This document shows positions 21,603-31,361 of a stretch of DNA of 64,000 nt, one piece after another (position 1 is the first letter of the stretch; every line of letters starts with the position of its first letter). The stretch comes from Thermoanaerobaculia bacterium. Lineage in GTDB: Bacteria; Acidobacteriota; Thermoanaerobaculia; Multivoradales; Multivoraceae. A program made the translations under genes and the position numbers. The DNA is taken from the NCBI GenBank assembly GCA_963664405.1, contig OY761158.1, positions 4,768,001 through 4,832,000 of the forward strand. Direction: 5' to 3'. The notes below the pieces were generated by a model. The model searched no databases and was not told the DNA's origin. It worked only from the letters and a program-made list of their open reading frames with translations.

Positions 21603-22454
21603 CAGTACGCCACGTTCTCACTCACACCTCGGGTCTGACCTTCAGTCCCGAGGGCAGTGGCCTCACTGAAGAGCAGCGTAGAGAAGCCACCAATGACGGC
21701 AAGGGCTTCGACACTCTGGCCGAGCAGATCGAGGCGGCGGCAGTGATCCCAGGCGCCTTTCATCCCGGCGACCATTGGCAGTACGGCGTATCGACCGACT
21801 ACGTTGCCATCCTGGTCGAGAAGATCTCGGGCGAATCGCTCGACGACTTCTTGCGCGAGCGCATCTTCGAGCCGCTGGGCATGGTCGACACCCACTACAA
21901 CGTCCCGCGCGCCAAGGTCGATCGCCTCGCTGCCATCTACGAGCCGAACGACGACGGCACCATCGAGCTCATGCGCCCACCGAAGTATCAAGAGCCCACC
22001 CGTCACTTTCGCGGCGTCACCGGTCTCAAGTCGACGCCGGCCGACTACTTCCGCTTCGCTCAGATGATCGCCAACGGTGGTGAGCTCGACGGCAAGAGGA
22101 TCATCGGCCGGATGACCGTGGACAACATGATCACCAACCACATCGGCGGCGACAAGCTCGTCTACGTTCGTGGCCCCGGCTACGGCTTCGGACTCGGCTT
22201 CGGCGTCCTGATCAACCCGGCCGAGGCGGCCGATGCCCTTTCGGTCGGCAGCTACACCTGGGGGGGCGCGTACGGCACCCTCTACTGGGCCGATCCGGTC
22301 GAAGATCTCATCGGCCTCATGTTCATCCAGGTGAGGCCCTACACCCACATCGCCCGCCAGCTCTACTCGAACGTGGTCACCCAGGCGGTAGTAGACAGTC
22401 TGGCAGATCAGCGTCCGAAGATCATGGGCTACGCGACTCCGCGCTGATCTCCCT

Positions 22455-22706
22455 GTGCCTGTAGCGAAAAGGCCGGAGCTCACCTTCGAGGTGCTCTCGC
22501 TCGAGCACGGTCTTTCCCAGACCATCGTGGAGTGCATGCTGCTCGACCGTCGCGGCTTCCTCTGGTTCGGCACCCAGGACGGCCTCAATCGCTACGACGG
22601 GTACGAGTTCAAGGTCTTCCGCCGCGAGCCGGACGATGAGTCGACTCTGAGCTACAAAGATATCCGCTGCTTGCTCGAGGACCGCAGAGCGACGACATCA
22701 CCGTGA
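22455..22706 (+). pseudogene. N-terminal fragment of a two-component sensor with Reg_prop beta-propeller repeats
   Basis: LSLEHGLSQ...DRRGFLWFGTQDGLNRYDGYEF...; stops after about 80 aa. Confidence 0.8.
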
Positions 22707-22791
22707 TCGTCGTCAAAGCGTCTCTCACCTAGAGCGTCGTGTGTACGTAGACGAATGCGTGTACGATCCGGTGACCGCCGAGGATAGAGCC

Positions 22792-23646
22792 ATGCCTCAG
22801 ATCGACCAGTTCGAATCCGTCTTCAAGTCTGCCTCGAAGACCCTCTACGAGCACGCGGAGGTCGAGATCGGCCCTGTGCTCGTGGTCACCGACCTACCGC
22901 CGGCAGAGGCGGATACGTTCGCCGGCAGAGTGGGGGACTTTCTGAGCATCCTTGGTGCCGATTTCAGCTTGCGGATCGTGGCAGGCGAGGAGTACACGAG
23001 TGCCGAGGATCTCCTCCGCCTCGTAGAGGAGGCGGCTCCGGACCTGGTCGTTACCTACCGCAATCTCGGCACGACCTCGTGGAAGTTCCCCCACAGCCTC
23101 GGCGATTGTGTCGACGTTTTGACTCAGGTGGCCGAGCCCTCGGTGCTCCTGCTACCGCACCCCTTGGCGGGCCGTGCGCTCGACCATGCTCTAGAGAACA
23201 CCGACCGGGTGATGTGCGTTACAGGCTATCTCACCGGCGACCATCGGCTGGTCAACCTCGGGGTTCGCTTCACCCATCGGGGCGGAACGCTGTATCTGGC
23301 CCACGTCGAGGACGACACCGTCTTCGAGCAATACATGCAGACGATCTCGAAGATCCCTGAGATCGATACCAACCTGGCCCGCGACACCATCCGCCAGCAG
23401 CTGCTGAAGGAGCCGCGCGACTACATAGAATCCTGTCGCACAGTGCTCCGCGAGGCAGGGGTCGAAGTGAGGGTCGAGGACGTAGTGACCCTTGGCCATC
23501 GGGTTTCCACCTACCGCGGCTTCGTTCAGACCTACGAGCTGGACCTCTTGGTGCTGCACACCAAGGACCAGGAGCAGCTCGCCATGCACGGGCTGGCCTA
23601 CCCTCTCGCGGTGGAGCTCCGGGAGATCCCGCTCCTCCTACTGTGA
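22792..23646 (+). CDS. Tandem universal-stress-protein-like domain protein
   Basis: Two alpha/beta halves with USP-like strands (VLVVTD, LYLAHVED, DLLVL, PLLLL); overlaps the start of the downstream transporter. Confidence 0.55.
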   Translation: MPQIDQFESVFKSASKTLYEHAEVEIGPVLVVTDLPPAEADTFAGRVGDFLSILGADFSLRIVAGEEYTSAEDLLRLVEEAAPDLVVTYRNLGTTSWKFPHSLGDCVDVLTQVAEPSVLLLPHPLAGRALDHALENTDRVMCVTGYLTGDHRLVNLGVRFTHRGGTLYLAHVEDDTVFEQYMQTISKIPEIDTNLARDTIRQQLLKEPRDYIESCRTVLREAGVEVRVEDVVTLGHRVSTYRGFVQTYELDLLVLHTKDQEQLAMHGLAYPLAVELREIPLLLL

Positions 23647-25025
23647 TGGAAGAGCACGCCGTCCCGCTGGGGATCACCCTTCTTTTCGTCGGCGTTCTCG
23701 GCGCCATGATCGTCAGCCTCGCGCTGGAGGAGAAGATCCACGCGAAGAAGTCGATCATCGTGGCCTGCTTCGCGGTGGTCTCACTCCTCATGGCGACCTT
23801 CCTCGGCAAGCCGGACGGGCTGCTGCCCTTCGGCCCGGTGCTGGTGGGTGGGCACGAGATCAACATGCCGGTCTACATTCCGGCGATCGACTGGGGCGTC
23901 ATCGCGATCATTCTGGGCTCCAGTCTCTTTGTAGACGTCACCTCCAAGAGCGGTCTCTTCACCTGGATCGCGATCCGGTTGACCAAAGCCTCGGCGGGCG
24001 AGCCTCGCCGGCTCCTCTGGTGCTACGGGATCATGACCGTCGTCTTCAGCGCGGTGCTGAACAACGTGACCGCGATGATCATCGTGGGCTCGCTCACCAC
24101 CGTCTCGTTGGCGAAGCTGGAGCGCAACGACAAGCTCCTGGGGTTCCTGCTCATCGAGGGGCTGCTGACCAACGTCGGCGGACTGCTCACCCTGATCAGC
24201 TCGGTTCCCAACATCATCGTCGGCACCGCCGCCGGAATCTCCTTCGTGGAGTTTTTTCTGAAGGCCAGCCCCTTCGTGATGGTGGGCACGATCATCACTC
24301 TCTTGATGGGCGCGAAGCTCTTCGGCATCGAGAAGCTCGCTAGCGACCAAGAGCGCGAAGAGGCGAAGAGGTTGGTGGCCGGCTTCGACGAGAACGACGG
24401 TATCGAGAGTGAGGGCTTCTTCTGGTTCGGCACCGTCATGACCGGCTTGTTCATATTGGTGATCGCCACCACCTCGGCGCTGCCTGGAATCAGCAGTCTG
24501 GGAATGGGTTTCGTGGCCCTCTCCTTCGCTGCCATCATGCTCGTGCGTTTCAAGGCAGCGGTGGAGCAGTTCTACAGGGCGCTCGACTGGGACCTACTGG
24601 CCTTCTTCGCCGGCCTCTTCATCGTCATCAACGTCATGGAGCACGCCCACGTCCTCGACCTCATCGGCAAGGGTCTGGTGAAAATCATCGCGCTGGGCGA
24701 CATCGCCGGTACCGGGGCCGTTCTGGTGGCGAGCGCCGCCTTCAGCTCGGTGACCGACAACATCCCTCTCGCCGTCATGCTCTCCAAGATCCTCGTCAAC
24801 CTGGGTACCCCCGCAGACTCCCCGCTGTGGTGGGCGGTGGTCTTCGGTGCCAACCTCGGCGGCAACCTCACTCCCATCGGCTCGGCCTCGACTCTCGTGG
24901 CCGTAGCGATCATGCACAAGCACAAGCTCCCCATGACTTTCGGCTCCTTCGTCAAGGCAGCGGTCCCCTACGCCGCCATCCAGATCGCACTGGCAACCGC
25001 CTACGTTCTGCTCTTCCTTCGCTAG
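23643..25025 (+). CDS. ArsB/NhaD/SLC13 (IT superfamily) permease
   Basis: Many TM segments; SAVLNNVT, NVGGLLTLISSVPNII, SSVTDNIP, GANLGGNLTPIGSAS. Confidence 0.9.
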   Translation: MMEEHAVPLGITLLFVGVLGAMIVSLALEEKIHAKKSIIVACFAVVSLLMATFLGKPDGLLPFGPVLVGGHEINMPVYIPAIDWGVIAIILGSSLFVDVTSKSGLFTWIAIRLTKASAGEPRRLLWCYGIMTVVFSAVLNNVTAMIIVGSLTTVSLAKLERNDKLLGFLLIEGLLTNVGGLLTLISSVPNIIVGTAAGISFVEFFLKASPFVMVGTIITLLMGAKLFGIEKLASDQEREEAKRLVAGFDENDGIESEGFFWFGTVMTGLFILVIATTSALPGISSLGMGFVALSFAAIMLVRFKAAVEQFYRALDWDLLAFFAGLFIVINVMEHAHVLDLIGKGLVKIIALGDIAGTGAVLVASAAFSSVTDNIPLAVMLSKILVNLGTPADSPLWWAVVFGANLGGNLTPIGSASTLVAVAIMHKHKLPMTFGSFVKAAVPYAAIQIALATAYVLLFLR

Positions 25026-25170
25026 GAGCGTGTCCGAGAATTCGGACAGGCGAGTAGTTCTTAGGGGGGGATGGGCCGGAGAACGGGCCGCAGGCCCGCT
25101 GTCCGGGGCTAGGCGATTGGCGGCAGGATAGGTCGCGTCTCAGGGCTCCGTTCGTTGGCCGGCCTTGACT
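25022..25170 (-). mobile_element. Probable IS end remnant (IS5/IS1182-like) abutting the truncated AbiEii gene
   Basis: Minus strand ends ...GAATTCTCGGACACGCTCCTAG, resembling IS termini at CTAG targets; no transposase present. Confidence 0.4.
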
Positions 25171-25298
25171 CGCCCGAGCAGTGGATGACGCCCGATGTCC
25201 GCGGCCAGATCGCCGAGTCGAATGACTGTCTCCAGTGTGTCGGCTCGGAAACCGCTCGATGCTGCTTGCCGCTCGAGCAGCTGAGAATCAATTCTCAT
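25140..25298 (-). pseudogene. Truncated AbiEii-type nucleotidyltransferase toxin
   Basis: MRIDSQLLERQAASSGFRADTLETVIRLGDLAADIGRHPLLGRV; start overlaps the abiEi stop; cut just before the expected KGGTA motif. Confidence 0.7.
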
Positions 25299-26085
25299 CC
25301 GGTTCCCTTGCAGTCGTTTGGCTCTCGGGCACGATCACGTTCCAGCGTTCGTTGAGCTCTCCACCGCGTCGATTGCGGACCAGGTAGTGAGGCGACTTGG
25401 GTCGGTGGCGCTGCAATGCGACGAGATAATCTTCCGGCACGTAGAACGTGTTCTGGTAGCGCTCCAGGAACCAACCAATTGCTGCCCAGACAGTCTTGGA
25501 GTCGTAGACCCGAAGGACCTCTCCTAGTAGATCGAGGTCAAGTACGGCGAAGCCGGCAGCGGAGTCGACGAGCTCATCCAGACCTCCCGCGAGGTCGAGT
25601 CGGTGAAAGCAGTCCGCTAGAGTGCGCTCTGGGCCGGTGGTGATGAGTGCCCTGTTGCCTCGTTCCAGCCGACGTACACCGAGGAGTTCCTTACCTCCCC
25701 TAGCGAGGGGCTGTGGGTGTTGGATGAAACGCACGGTCGTTCCTCCGAGGGGTAGGGGGCGCCTTCGCTGATTTGTAAGCACGGTTACGGAGCTCCAGGC
25801 GGAATGGGCTACCCCGAGCAACTCGAGAGCCGAGTGGTGACTGAATACCGCGTCACTTCGGATGGTGGCAGCCACCAGGAAGGGGTCGGGCAGGAACGAC
25901 GTTGGATCGACGCCGGGCGGAATAGATGCGTATACACCCCTTCCCACCGACTTCAGTCGACCGCGGGCCATGTGGTACTTGAGCCGCTGTCGGATCGCAT
26001 GCTCAGCCCCGTTGTTGGCCAACGCCTCCTTGGCCTCGCTTAGGCTGAAGACTGGGTGGGTCTGCAGATAGGTGGAGGTGTTCAT
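25288..26085 (-). CDS. abiEi: Type IV TA antitoxin, AbiEi family
   Basis: N-terminal wHTH (LKSVGRGVYA), FSHHSALELLG, ITTGPERTLADC. Confidence 0.82.
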   Translation of the reverse strand: MNTSTYLQTHPVFSLSEAKEALANNGAEHAIRQRLKYHMARGRLKSVGRGVYASIPPGVDPTSFLPDPFLVAATIRSDAVFSHHSALELLGVAHSAWSSVTVLTNQRRRPLPLGGTTVRFIQHPQPLARGGKELLGVRRLERGNRALITTGPERTLADCFHRLDLAGGLDELVDSAAGFAVLDLDLLGEVLRVYDSKTVWAAIGWFLERYQNTFYVPEDYLVALQRHRPKSPHYLVRNRRGGELNERWNVIVPESQTTAREPDEN

Positions 26086-26211
26086 CTCGCTTGATAATTC
26101 GCGTGGGAACCCGAGCCACCATGAAGAGGGTGATATTATTACCCTTAATGACTCAGAGCATCAAGTCGTTTCTTCGTGGGCTCAGCGTGTTTGGGGGCAG
26201 CTGTTCGGCAA

Positions 26212-26283
26212 GCCGAGGTCAGTCGCAGGTCCATCGTAATCACCTCAGCGCCGTGCCTGCGGGCGAGAACGGCGTTGAGCATG
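26212..26283 (-). repeat. 72-bp copy of the 3' part of the vapC gene at 29938-30009
   Basis: Direct repeat with 4 mismatches in 72 nt (MLxAVLARRHGAEVITMDxRLTSA). Confidence 0.9.
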
Positions 26284-26307
26284 ACAAGCCTGACCTTGGG
26301 GCTGTCG

Positions 26308-28374
26308 CTAACGCAGAAGGGTGGGGTGTTCGCTGTCTTCGGCGCTCGTCTTCTGCGTAAAGACGCGGAACTCCTGCCACCACGCCGCCGCCTCTTCGCG
26401 GCTCCAAGTGCCGACGTTGGCCAGCGCGTCGAGCTTGTCGTAGAGCGCTTCGGCGCTGATCGGCCGCTCGTCAGGGTCCTTCGCGAGGCACCACAGCAGC
26501 ACGTCTTCCAACTCTTCGGGTACCGGTTTGCCGAGGCGGTCCGTCGGGCGCTCGGGCTCGGTACTGATGTGATGGTTGATGATCTCCGCGAGGGTCGCGC
26601 CTTCGAAGATATGGGTGCCGGTGACCAGGAAGTAGCCAACGGCACCGAGGGCGTAGATGTCGCTGCGCGCATCGACGTTCTCGGCGTCGCGTATGGCCTC
26701 CGGCGAGAGGTATCGCGGCGTCCCGAGCACGTCGCCCGCAACCGTGACATCGATCGCGTCGCCCGCATCGAGAAGCTTCACCAGTCCGAAGTCGAGCACC
26801 TTGAGATGGTCGGGCATGGCGGGGCGGTTCCCGACCATCAGGTTGGCCGGTTTGATGTCGCGGTGCACGATGCCGAGTGCGTGCGCCTCCGACAGCGATC
26901 CGCACGCCTGCTTCAACAGAAAGATGGCGCGCGCCGCCGGCAGCGGTCCCGCCTCTGTGACCAACTGCTCGAGGGTGACGCCATCGACATATTCCATCGC
27001 GTAGTAGAACGCGCCGTCGGGGCTGGTGCCGTAGTCGTAGATGGCGACCGTGTTGTGGTGCGAGAGTTGTGCGGTGTTCTGCACCTCGCGCTCGAAGCGC
27101 ACTTGGCGCTCCGAATCGGCAAGCTCGCGCGGCAGTAGTTTGATCGCCGTCGGGCGTTTCAGCATCGCGTGGGTGGCGTGGTAGACCTCGCCCATCCCGC
27201 CCTTGCCGATCCTTTCACCCAGCGTGTACTGCCCAAGGCGTTGTGCTTCGTTGACCTTGGTGCGCATCGTCTGCAACGAGTAGTTATAGATACCCGCCCC
27301 GATCGCCGCCAGACCGAGCAGTCCGAAGAGGATCCAGAGCCGGCGGCGCAGGATGTCGACATACGAGTAGGCCTCCGAGACGTCCTGCTCGGTCGCGATG
27401 CCGATCTCGTATTCGTCGATCCAGGTCCACGCCCCAACCACCGGAACCCCGCGGTAATCCGGGTAGCCATCGACGTCGCTTTCGACCGCGCTTCGTCCCT
27501 CTTCGCGCAACGCGAGCGCGGACGCCGCCATCTTCGTCAGCGGTCGGGCCTTGAGCGGCGTCGTGGGCTCGAATCCCTCGACCATGTTGCCGCCAGGGTT
27601 GCGCACCTCGACATTGAGAATCGACCGCTCGCCTTCGTCCAGGATCCCCAGTGCGCGCAGATCATCTCCGAACCGGCTGTAGGAGATCATCGTCCCTTCT
27701 GGATCGAAAGCGTAGGTCTCCGCAGACTCGCCGACTCGGCCCTTCTCGAGCTGATCGGTGAAGCGTGTCGGATCGAGTACGAACGCGAGCCAGCTGCCGT
27801 TGTCGCCGAGTCGCGTGAGGACGACGATGAAGAGATCCTCGCCGACCTTCCGCGGCGGCATGACGATCGTTTGTCGCTCCGTAGCCAGATAGGGTTGAAT
27901 GACGGGGGAGCGAGTTCCGATCGACTCGGGTCGCGGCGAGGCCAGGAACCGGCCACTGCCATCGAGGATGGCGTGTCCCAGATAACCATTCGTCTCGACC
28001 GCATCGCGCAGGGCGGCCGCCATCTCCGCCTGTAGCGGAGACGCCGCCAGATCCTCGGCATCCGTTTTCGCCAGGCCTGCACTGATCGACTGAACGGCCT
28101 CGCGCGTCGCCATGACCTCGGCCGTCTTGACGGCATTATCGAGCCAGCCGAGCACCGCCTCGACATTGGCGCTGAGAATGCTTTCGAGCCCGTCGCGCAG
28201 ATCGCGGCGCATCGCATTCTCCATCGATACCCGGGTCCAAACCCCGACGCCCAAGAGGACGATCGTGATCCCGATCGGAATCCACCAAGATTTGCGACGC
28301 CCCCGCGCAAGCGTCGCCGAGCCGAACCCGCGCGAGAGCTTCCCGATGCGGCTGCGTGAGGCGGAAGTAGCCAT
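26308..28374 (-). CDS. Membrane Ser/Thr protein kinase with an extracytoplasmic Cache-like sensor domain
   Basis: TM - periplasmic domain (YPDYRGVPVVGAW) - TM - kinase ([39 protein letters not shown]). Confidence 0.92.
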   Translation of the reverse strand: MATSASRSRIGKLSRGFGSATLARGRRKSWWIPIGITIVLLGVGVWTRVSMENAMRRDLRDGLESILSANVEAVLGWLDNAVKTAEVMATREAVQSISAGLAKTDAEDLAASPLQAEMAAALRDAVETNGYLGHAILDGSGRFLASPRPESIGTRSPVIQPYLATERQTIVMPPRKVGEDLFIVVLTRLGDNGSWLAFVLDPTRFTDQLEKGRVGESAETYAFDPEGTMISYSRFGDDLRALGILDEGERSILNVEVRNPGGNMVEGFEPTTPLKARPLTKMAASALALREEGRSAVESDVDGYPDYRGVPVVGAWTWIDEYEIGIATEQDVSEAYSYVDILRRRLWILFGLLGLAAIGAGIYNYSLQTMRTKVNEAQRLGQYTLGERIGKGGMGEVYHATHAMLKRPTAIKLLPRELADSERQVRFEREVQNTAQLSHHNTVAIYDYGTSPDGAFYYAMEYVDGVTLEQLVTEAGPLPAARAIFLLKQACGSLSEAHALGIVHRDIKPANLMVGNRPAMPDHLKVLDFGLVKLLDAGDAIDVTVAGDVLGTPRYLSPEAIRDAENVDARSDIYALGAVGYFLVTGTHIFEGATLAEIINHHISTEPERPTDRLGKPVPEELEDVLLWCLAKDPDERPISAEALYDKLDALANVGTWSREEAAAWWQEFRVFTQKTSAEDSEHPTLLR

Positions 28375-28558
28375 GCGGGAGCAATCTTACTCAGATCGGC
28401 GGGCGCGTTCATCGTCACCTTCGCCGGGTGCTCGAACTTTCAGATCGATGCGCCGTATCTCACTCGTGGTAGCTTTTAGCGCCGCAACGCTTCAACAAAT
28501 GGAATTGCCTTCGCTGTCTGGATCCTCGACATCTCGAGGTGACAAAGGAGATTGCCCC

Positions 28559-29140
28559 ATGATTCGAACGAGGACCACGACACTACTGACCGTGCTCGCC
28601 CTGGCCGTCTTGGCTGCCACTTTTTCCGGCTGCGCGTCGACCAGCGCCGGCAGTGTTGCTGCCGATGTTCCGGCGGCCCCGCAGAAGAAGGCGTTTGTTC
28701 CCCCCTCCTATGAGGCCGCAGAGTATGCCAGCGAGGAGTACGGCTTCTCGGTTCACTACCCCTCGGACTTTCAGGAGCAGCCAGGCGCGGGACTCTTCGC
28801 TGCCGCCTCTGCCAGCCAGGTTCCTCGAATCGACATTACGCTCATTCCAGGCTCGCCCGACGCTTCACCCGAGACCATAGCGAGCGGGTTGGAGGCTGGG
28901 TTGGCGGAGCTCGGCGGAGGCGAGGCGAACGTCACCGCGTCCAAAGAGACCACTCTCCAGGACGGGGTCACGCCGGCCCTCGAGTTGATGGTCGACTGGA
29001 GCTTCCAGGGCTTCCCGATCTCGAGCATCGTGCTGATCACAGAGGCCGGCGGTCAGATGATCAACGTCCAGGTGACTACGATGGAGGGAGGCGTCGACGA
29101 CCTGGTCAGGGAGATCGCCTACACCCTCTACCTCGACTAG
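28559..29140 (+). CDS. Hypothetical lipoprotein (possibly PsbP/Mog1-like fold)
   Basis: AAGGAG RBS; lipobox FSGC; YGFSVHYPSDF motif. Confidence 0.7.
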   Translation: MIRTRTTTLLTVLALAVLAATFSGCASTSAGSVAADVPAAPQKKAFVPPSYEAAEYASEEYGFSVHYPSDFQEQPGAGLFAAASASQVPRIDITLIPGSPDASPETIASGLEAGLAELGGGEANVTASKETTLQDGVTPALELMVDWSFQGFPISSIVLITEAGGQMINVQVTTMEGGVDDLVREIAYTLYLD

Positions 29141-29153
29141 AGAGACAGCGCCG

Positions 29154-29555
29154 CTACCAGAAAACCACTTGGAGCCCCGGGATCCGCCGGAAGCTCCTCT
29201 CGTCTCGGGTCACCACATCGAGACCGCGTCCCAGGGCGGTCGCCGCGATGATCATGTCGTGTGCGCCGACCGCCGTTCCCTCCGCCGCCAGCGCTGCCGA
29301 TAGTCGGGCATGGATCCGTGCCGCCACCAGGTTGAAGGCTACGACTGGAAGGCTCGAGAGCAGAGTTTCGCCCCAGGCCTCTCGGAGCGATCGTAGGGCC
29401 TCATCGTCGGCTCCATACACACTGTGCATCAGCTCCGAGGCTGTCACCACCGAGATCGCGAGGTCCTCGTCTTCGTAGCCCTCGAGAGCGCGATCCAGAT
29501 CGAGATCGCCGCGCTCGACGGCGACCAGAACGCTCGAATCGATCAGGGCTCCCAA
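29154..29555 (-). CDS. vapC: PIN-domain toxin VapC
   Basis: LIDSSVL, ISVVTASEL, HDMIIAATA, VTRD..F acidic PIN residues present. Confidence 0.9.
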   Translation of the reverse strand: MGALIDSSVLVAVERGDLDLDRALEGYEDEDLAISVVTASELMHSVYGADDEALRSLREAWGETLLSSLPVVAFNLVAARIHARLSAALAAEGTAVGAHDMIIAATALGRGLDVVTRDERSFRRIPGLQVVFW

Positions 29556-29863
29556 GGCGACTCCGGCGATTGTGGCTGCGCTCGTGCCACCTCTTCGACC
29601 GCGTCGAGATAGTCGGCGTCGACGGGTGGAATCGAGCGGAGGAGCGCTCGAAGATCGGCGCCGGTAAAGTGAACCGGCGCCGCCGGCCGGAGCTCCGCGA
29701 CCGCCGCACCACCCCGTTCGACCACAAAGGACTCCCCCCGGTAGCGCACCCGGTTCAAGAGCTCCGAGAACCCCCGCGCCGCTTCGGTCGCAGACAAGTG
29801 TCTGGCCGCTTGGTACTCGGCGGGAGCCTCGCGCGCAAGATCTCGGCCCTCTTTCTTGGACAT
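29543..29863 (-). CDS. Phd/YefM family antitoxin
   Basis: LSATEAARGFSELLNRV...SFVVERGGAAVAELRP; overlaps the vapC start. Confidence 0.88.
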   Translation of the reverse strand: MSKKEGRDLAREAPAEYQAARHLSATEAARGFSELLNRVRYRGESFVVERGGAAVAELRPAAPVHFTGADLRALLRSIPPVDADYLDAVEEVARAQPQSPESPWEP

Positions 29864-29891
29864 CAGAAAATCATAATATCAGATTAACGGA

Positions 29892-30308
29892 TCAGACTCT
29901 CTCCCCGAGCACGAAACCGATCTCCATCCTCTTGAGGGCCGAAGTCAGTCGCTGGTCCATCGTAATCACCTCGGCGCCGTGCCTGCGGGCGAGAACGGCG
30001 TAGAGCATGTCGTAGACCGGATGGCCGTAGGCAACCGCAGCGACAAGGGCTTCCTCGACGAGCTCGTCATCCGAGACCCGCAGATCGACCAGCCTTCTCG
30101 CGTCGCCGAGGCGATCGCTGGCATCCTCGCTCTGCAATGAGTCGTGCCTGACGTACTTCCATAAGGTGTTCGCGACCTCGCTCGCGTAAAGGCCGGGAGC
30201 CATCACAACAGCCGTGTTGGCGAGAACCTCGAGAAGGTTCTTTCCCGCAGGAAGGCCGCAGACAACATGAACCGCCGCCGAGGCGTCGAGAACGCCACGG
30301 CGCCTCAA
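29892..30308 (-). CDS. vapC: PIN-domain toxin VapC
   Basis: VLDASAA, SEVANTLWK, VYDMLYAVLA, ITMDQRL. Confidence 0.9.
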   Translation of the reverse strand: MRRRGVLDASAAVHVVCGLPAGKNLLEVLANTAVVMAPGLYASEVANTLWKYVRHDSLQSEDASDRLGDARRLVDLRVSDDELVEEALVAAVAYGHPVYDMLYAVLARRHGAEVITMDQRLTSALKRMEIGFVLGERV

Positions 30309-30550
30309 CGATCGCGATCCTTCCGAATCAGATCTTCAGGGGGCGGGAGGCCTGGGTCGGCATTGTCGCTCTTGAAGCGGCTTCGCAGCTTCTCGATGGT
30401 TTCCATCCGCCGCTCCCTGGCTTCGAGCTCCGGGAGCTTGCGCAGCTCGATGATCGCCTGCTGAGCCAGGCTACGGCCTTCCCTCTCGGCACGGTGAGCC
30501 AACGTTTCATAGATGTCCGCCGGTAGCTCGCGAATCTGCAGTGAGGGCAT
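30305..30550 (-). CDS. FitA-like ribbon-helix-helix antitoxin
   Basis: MPSLQIRELP...RAEREGRSLAQQ...LIRKDRDR; 4-nt overlap with vapC. Confidence 0.85.
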   Translation of the reverse strand: MPSLQIRELPADIYETLAHRAEREGRSLAQQAIIELRKLPELEARERRMETIEKLRSRFKSDNADPGLPPPEDLIRKDRDR

Positions 30551-30559
30551 GAGTTCTCC

Positions 30560-30595
30560 TTGCTTCATCATATTGCATGCGTTTTGATGAAGCAA
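30560..30595. promoter_or_regulatory. Inverted repeat, probable antitoxin operator
   Basis: TTGCTTCATCA-N14-TGATGAAGCAA immediately upstream of the RHH antitoxin. Confidence 0.6.
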
Positions 30596-30923
30596 AGGTT
30601 GCCGTTTGCGTTCGACTCACGTGTTCTTGTCGCCGACGGGCTCATACCCCCCAGAGGCCTTCGGCTGGCAGGTGCCACCCGAACATTGAGAGGGCGAAGG
30701 GAACAAGGTAGTCTGCCCCTGCGACGGTAGAGGCGCGAGGTGCCTCGCTGCCGCCCCGCGTTCATAGAGAAAGAAACTATATATTTATGTATAACTACTT
30801 TCGTTATGAAATTGCTCCAGGATAGCCGTGCACCTCGATCAGAGCCCGAACCCTTCGGGCAAACGAAGCCGGGTGGCGTCGAACATCGAGTCGCGACGAC
30901 CGGGCTTTAGAGGACGAAGGACC

Positions 30924-31100
30924 ATGTCTCGCCATCAGCTCGCCAAGGAGCTCGACGAGACTGTCCGGGCGCTCGACCAGGGAAGTGTTGAAGGAGAGCT
31001 GATGCCGCTTCTACCCGAAGAAGAGCTTGCCGGCCTGGCGCTCAGACTCCGCGCTTCGCTCGCGAAGCTCGTCGAGCAGCTCGAATCGTCCGAGGATTGA
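30924..31100 (+). CDS. Small hypothetical helical protein (58 aa)
   Basis: AAGGA RBS before ATG; protein-like composition; no recognised family. Confidence 0.45.
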   Translation: MSRHQLAKELDETVRALDQGSVEGELMPLLPEEELAGLALRLRASLAKLVEQLESSED

Positions 31101-31187
31101 CCTCAGCCAGCCTGAGCCGCCCTTTGGGTCCGGGTGCGCGCTGGTCTAGGGTGCCGGCCGAATATTTCCGGGACGCGGTGAGCGGGG

Positions 31188-31259
31188 TACCGCATCGAAG
31201 AAAAACGGTTGGTTGTACTGGTGCTCGACATCGCCGACCGAGGAGGCGTGTACCGTTGA
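31188..31259 (+). pseudogene. C-terminal remnant of a RelE-family toxin
   Basis: YRIEEKRLVVLVLDIADRGGVYR* matches the typical RelE C-terminal strand and tail. Confidence 0.65.
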
Positions 31260-31361
31260 AACTTGCTGGGGTTCTTAGCTCTGGAGTCTGACGTAGGATG
31301 GGAGCCCAGACTCACATCCCGGAGCTCCACGATGTGCAGGACACAGAGATGGCAACAGCGG

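Larger units (their letters stand above)
19172..22447 (+). pseudogene. Serine hydrolase (beta-lactamase family) split by a composite IS insertion (19659-21602)
   Basis: 5' part has ASMTK (SxxK); 3' part resumes VRHVLTHTSGL and FHPGDHWQYG...WGGAYGT; CAG is duplicated at 19656-19658 and 21603-21605, and removing the insertion restores the frame. Confidence 0.9.

Noticed and set aside
26176-28035. Long plus-strand ORFs 26176-27138 and 27169-28035
   Set aside because: Antisense shadows of the GC-rich kinase gene with no recognisable motifs
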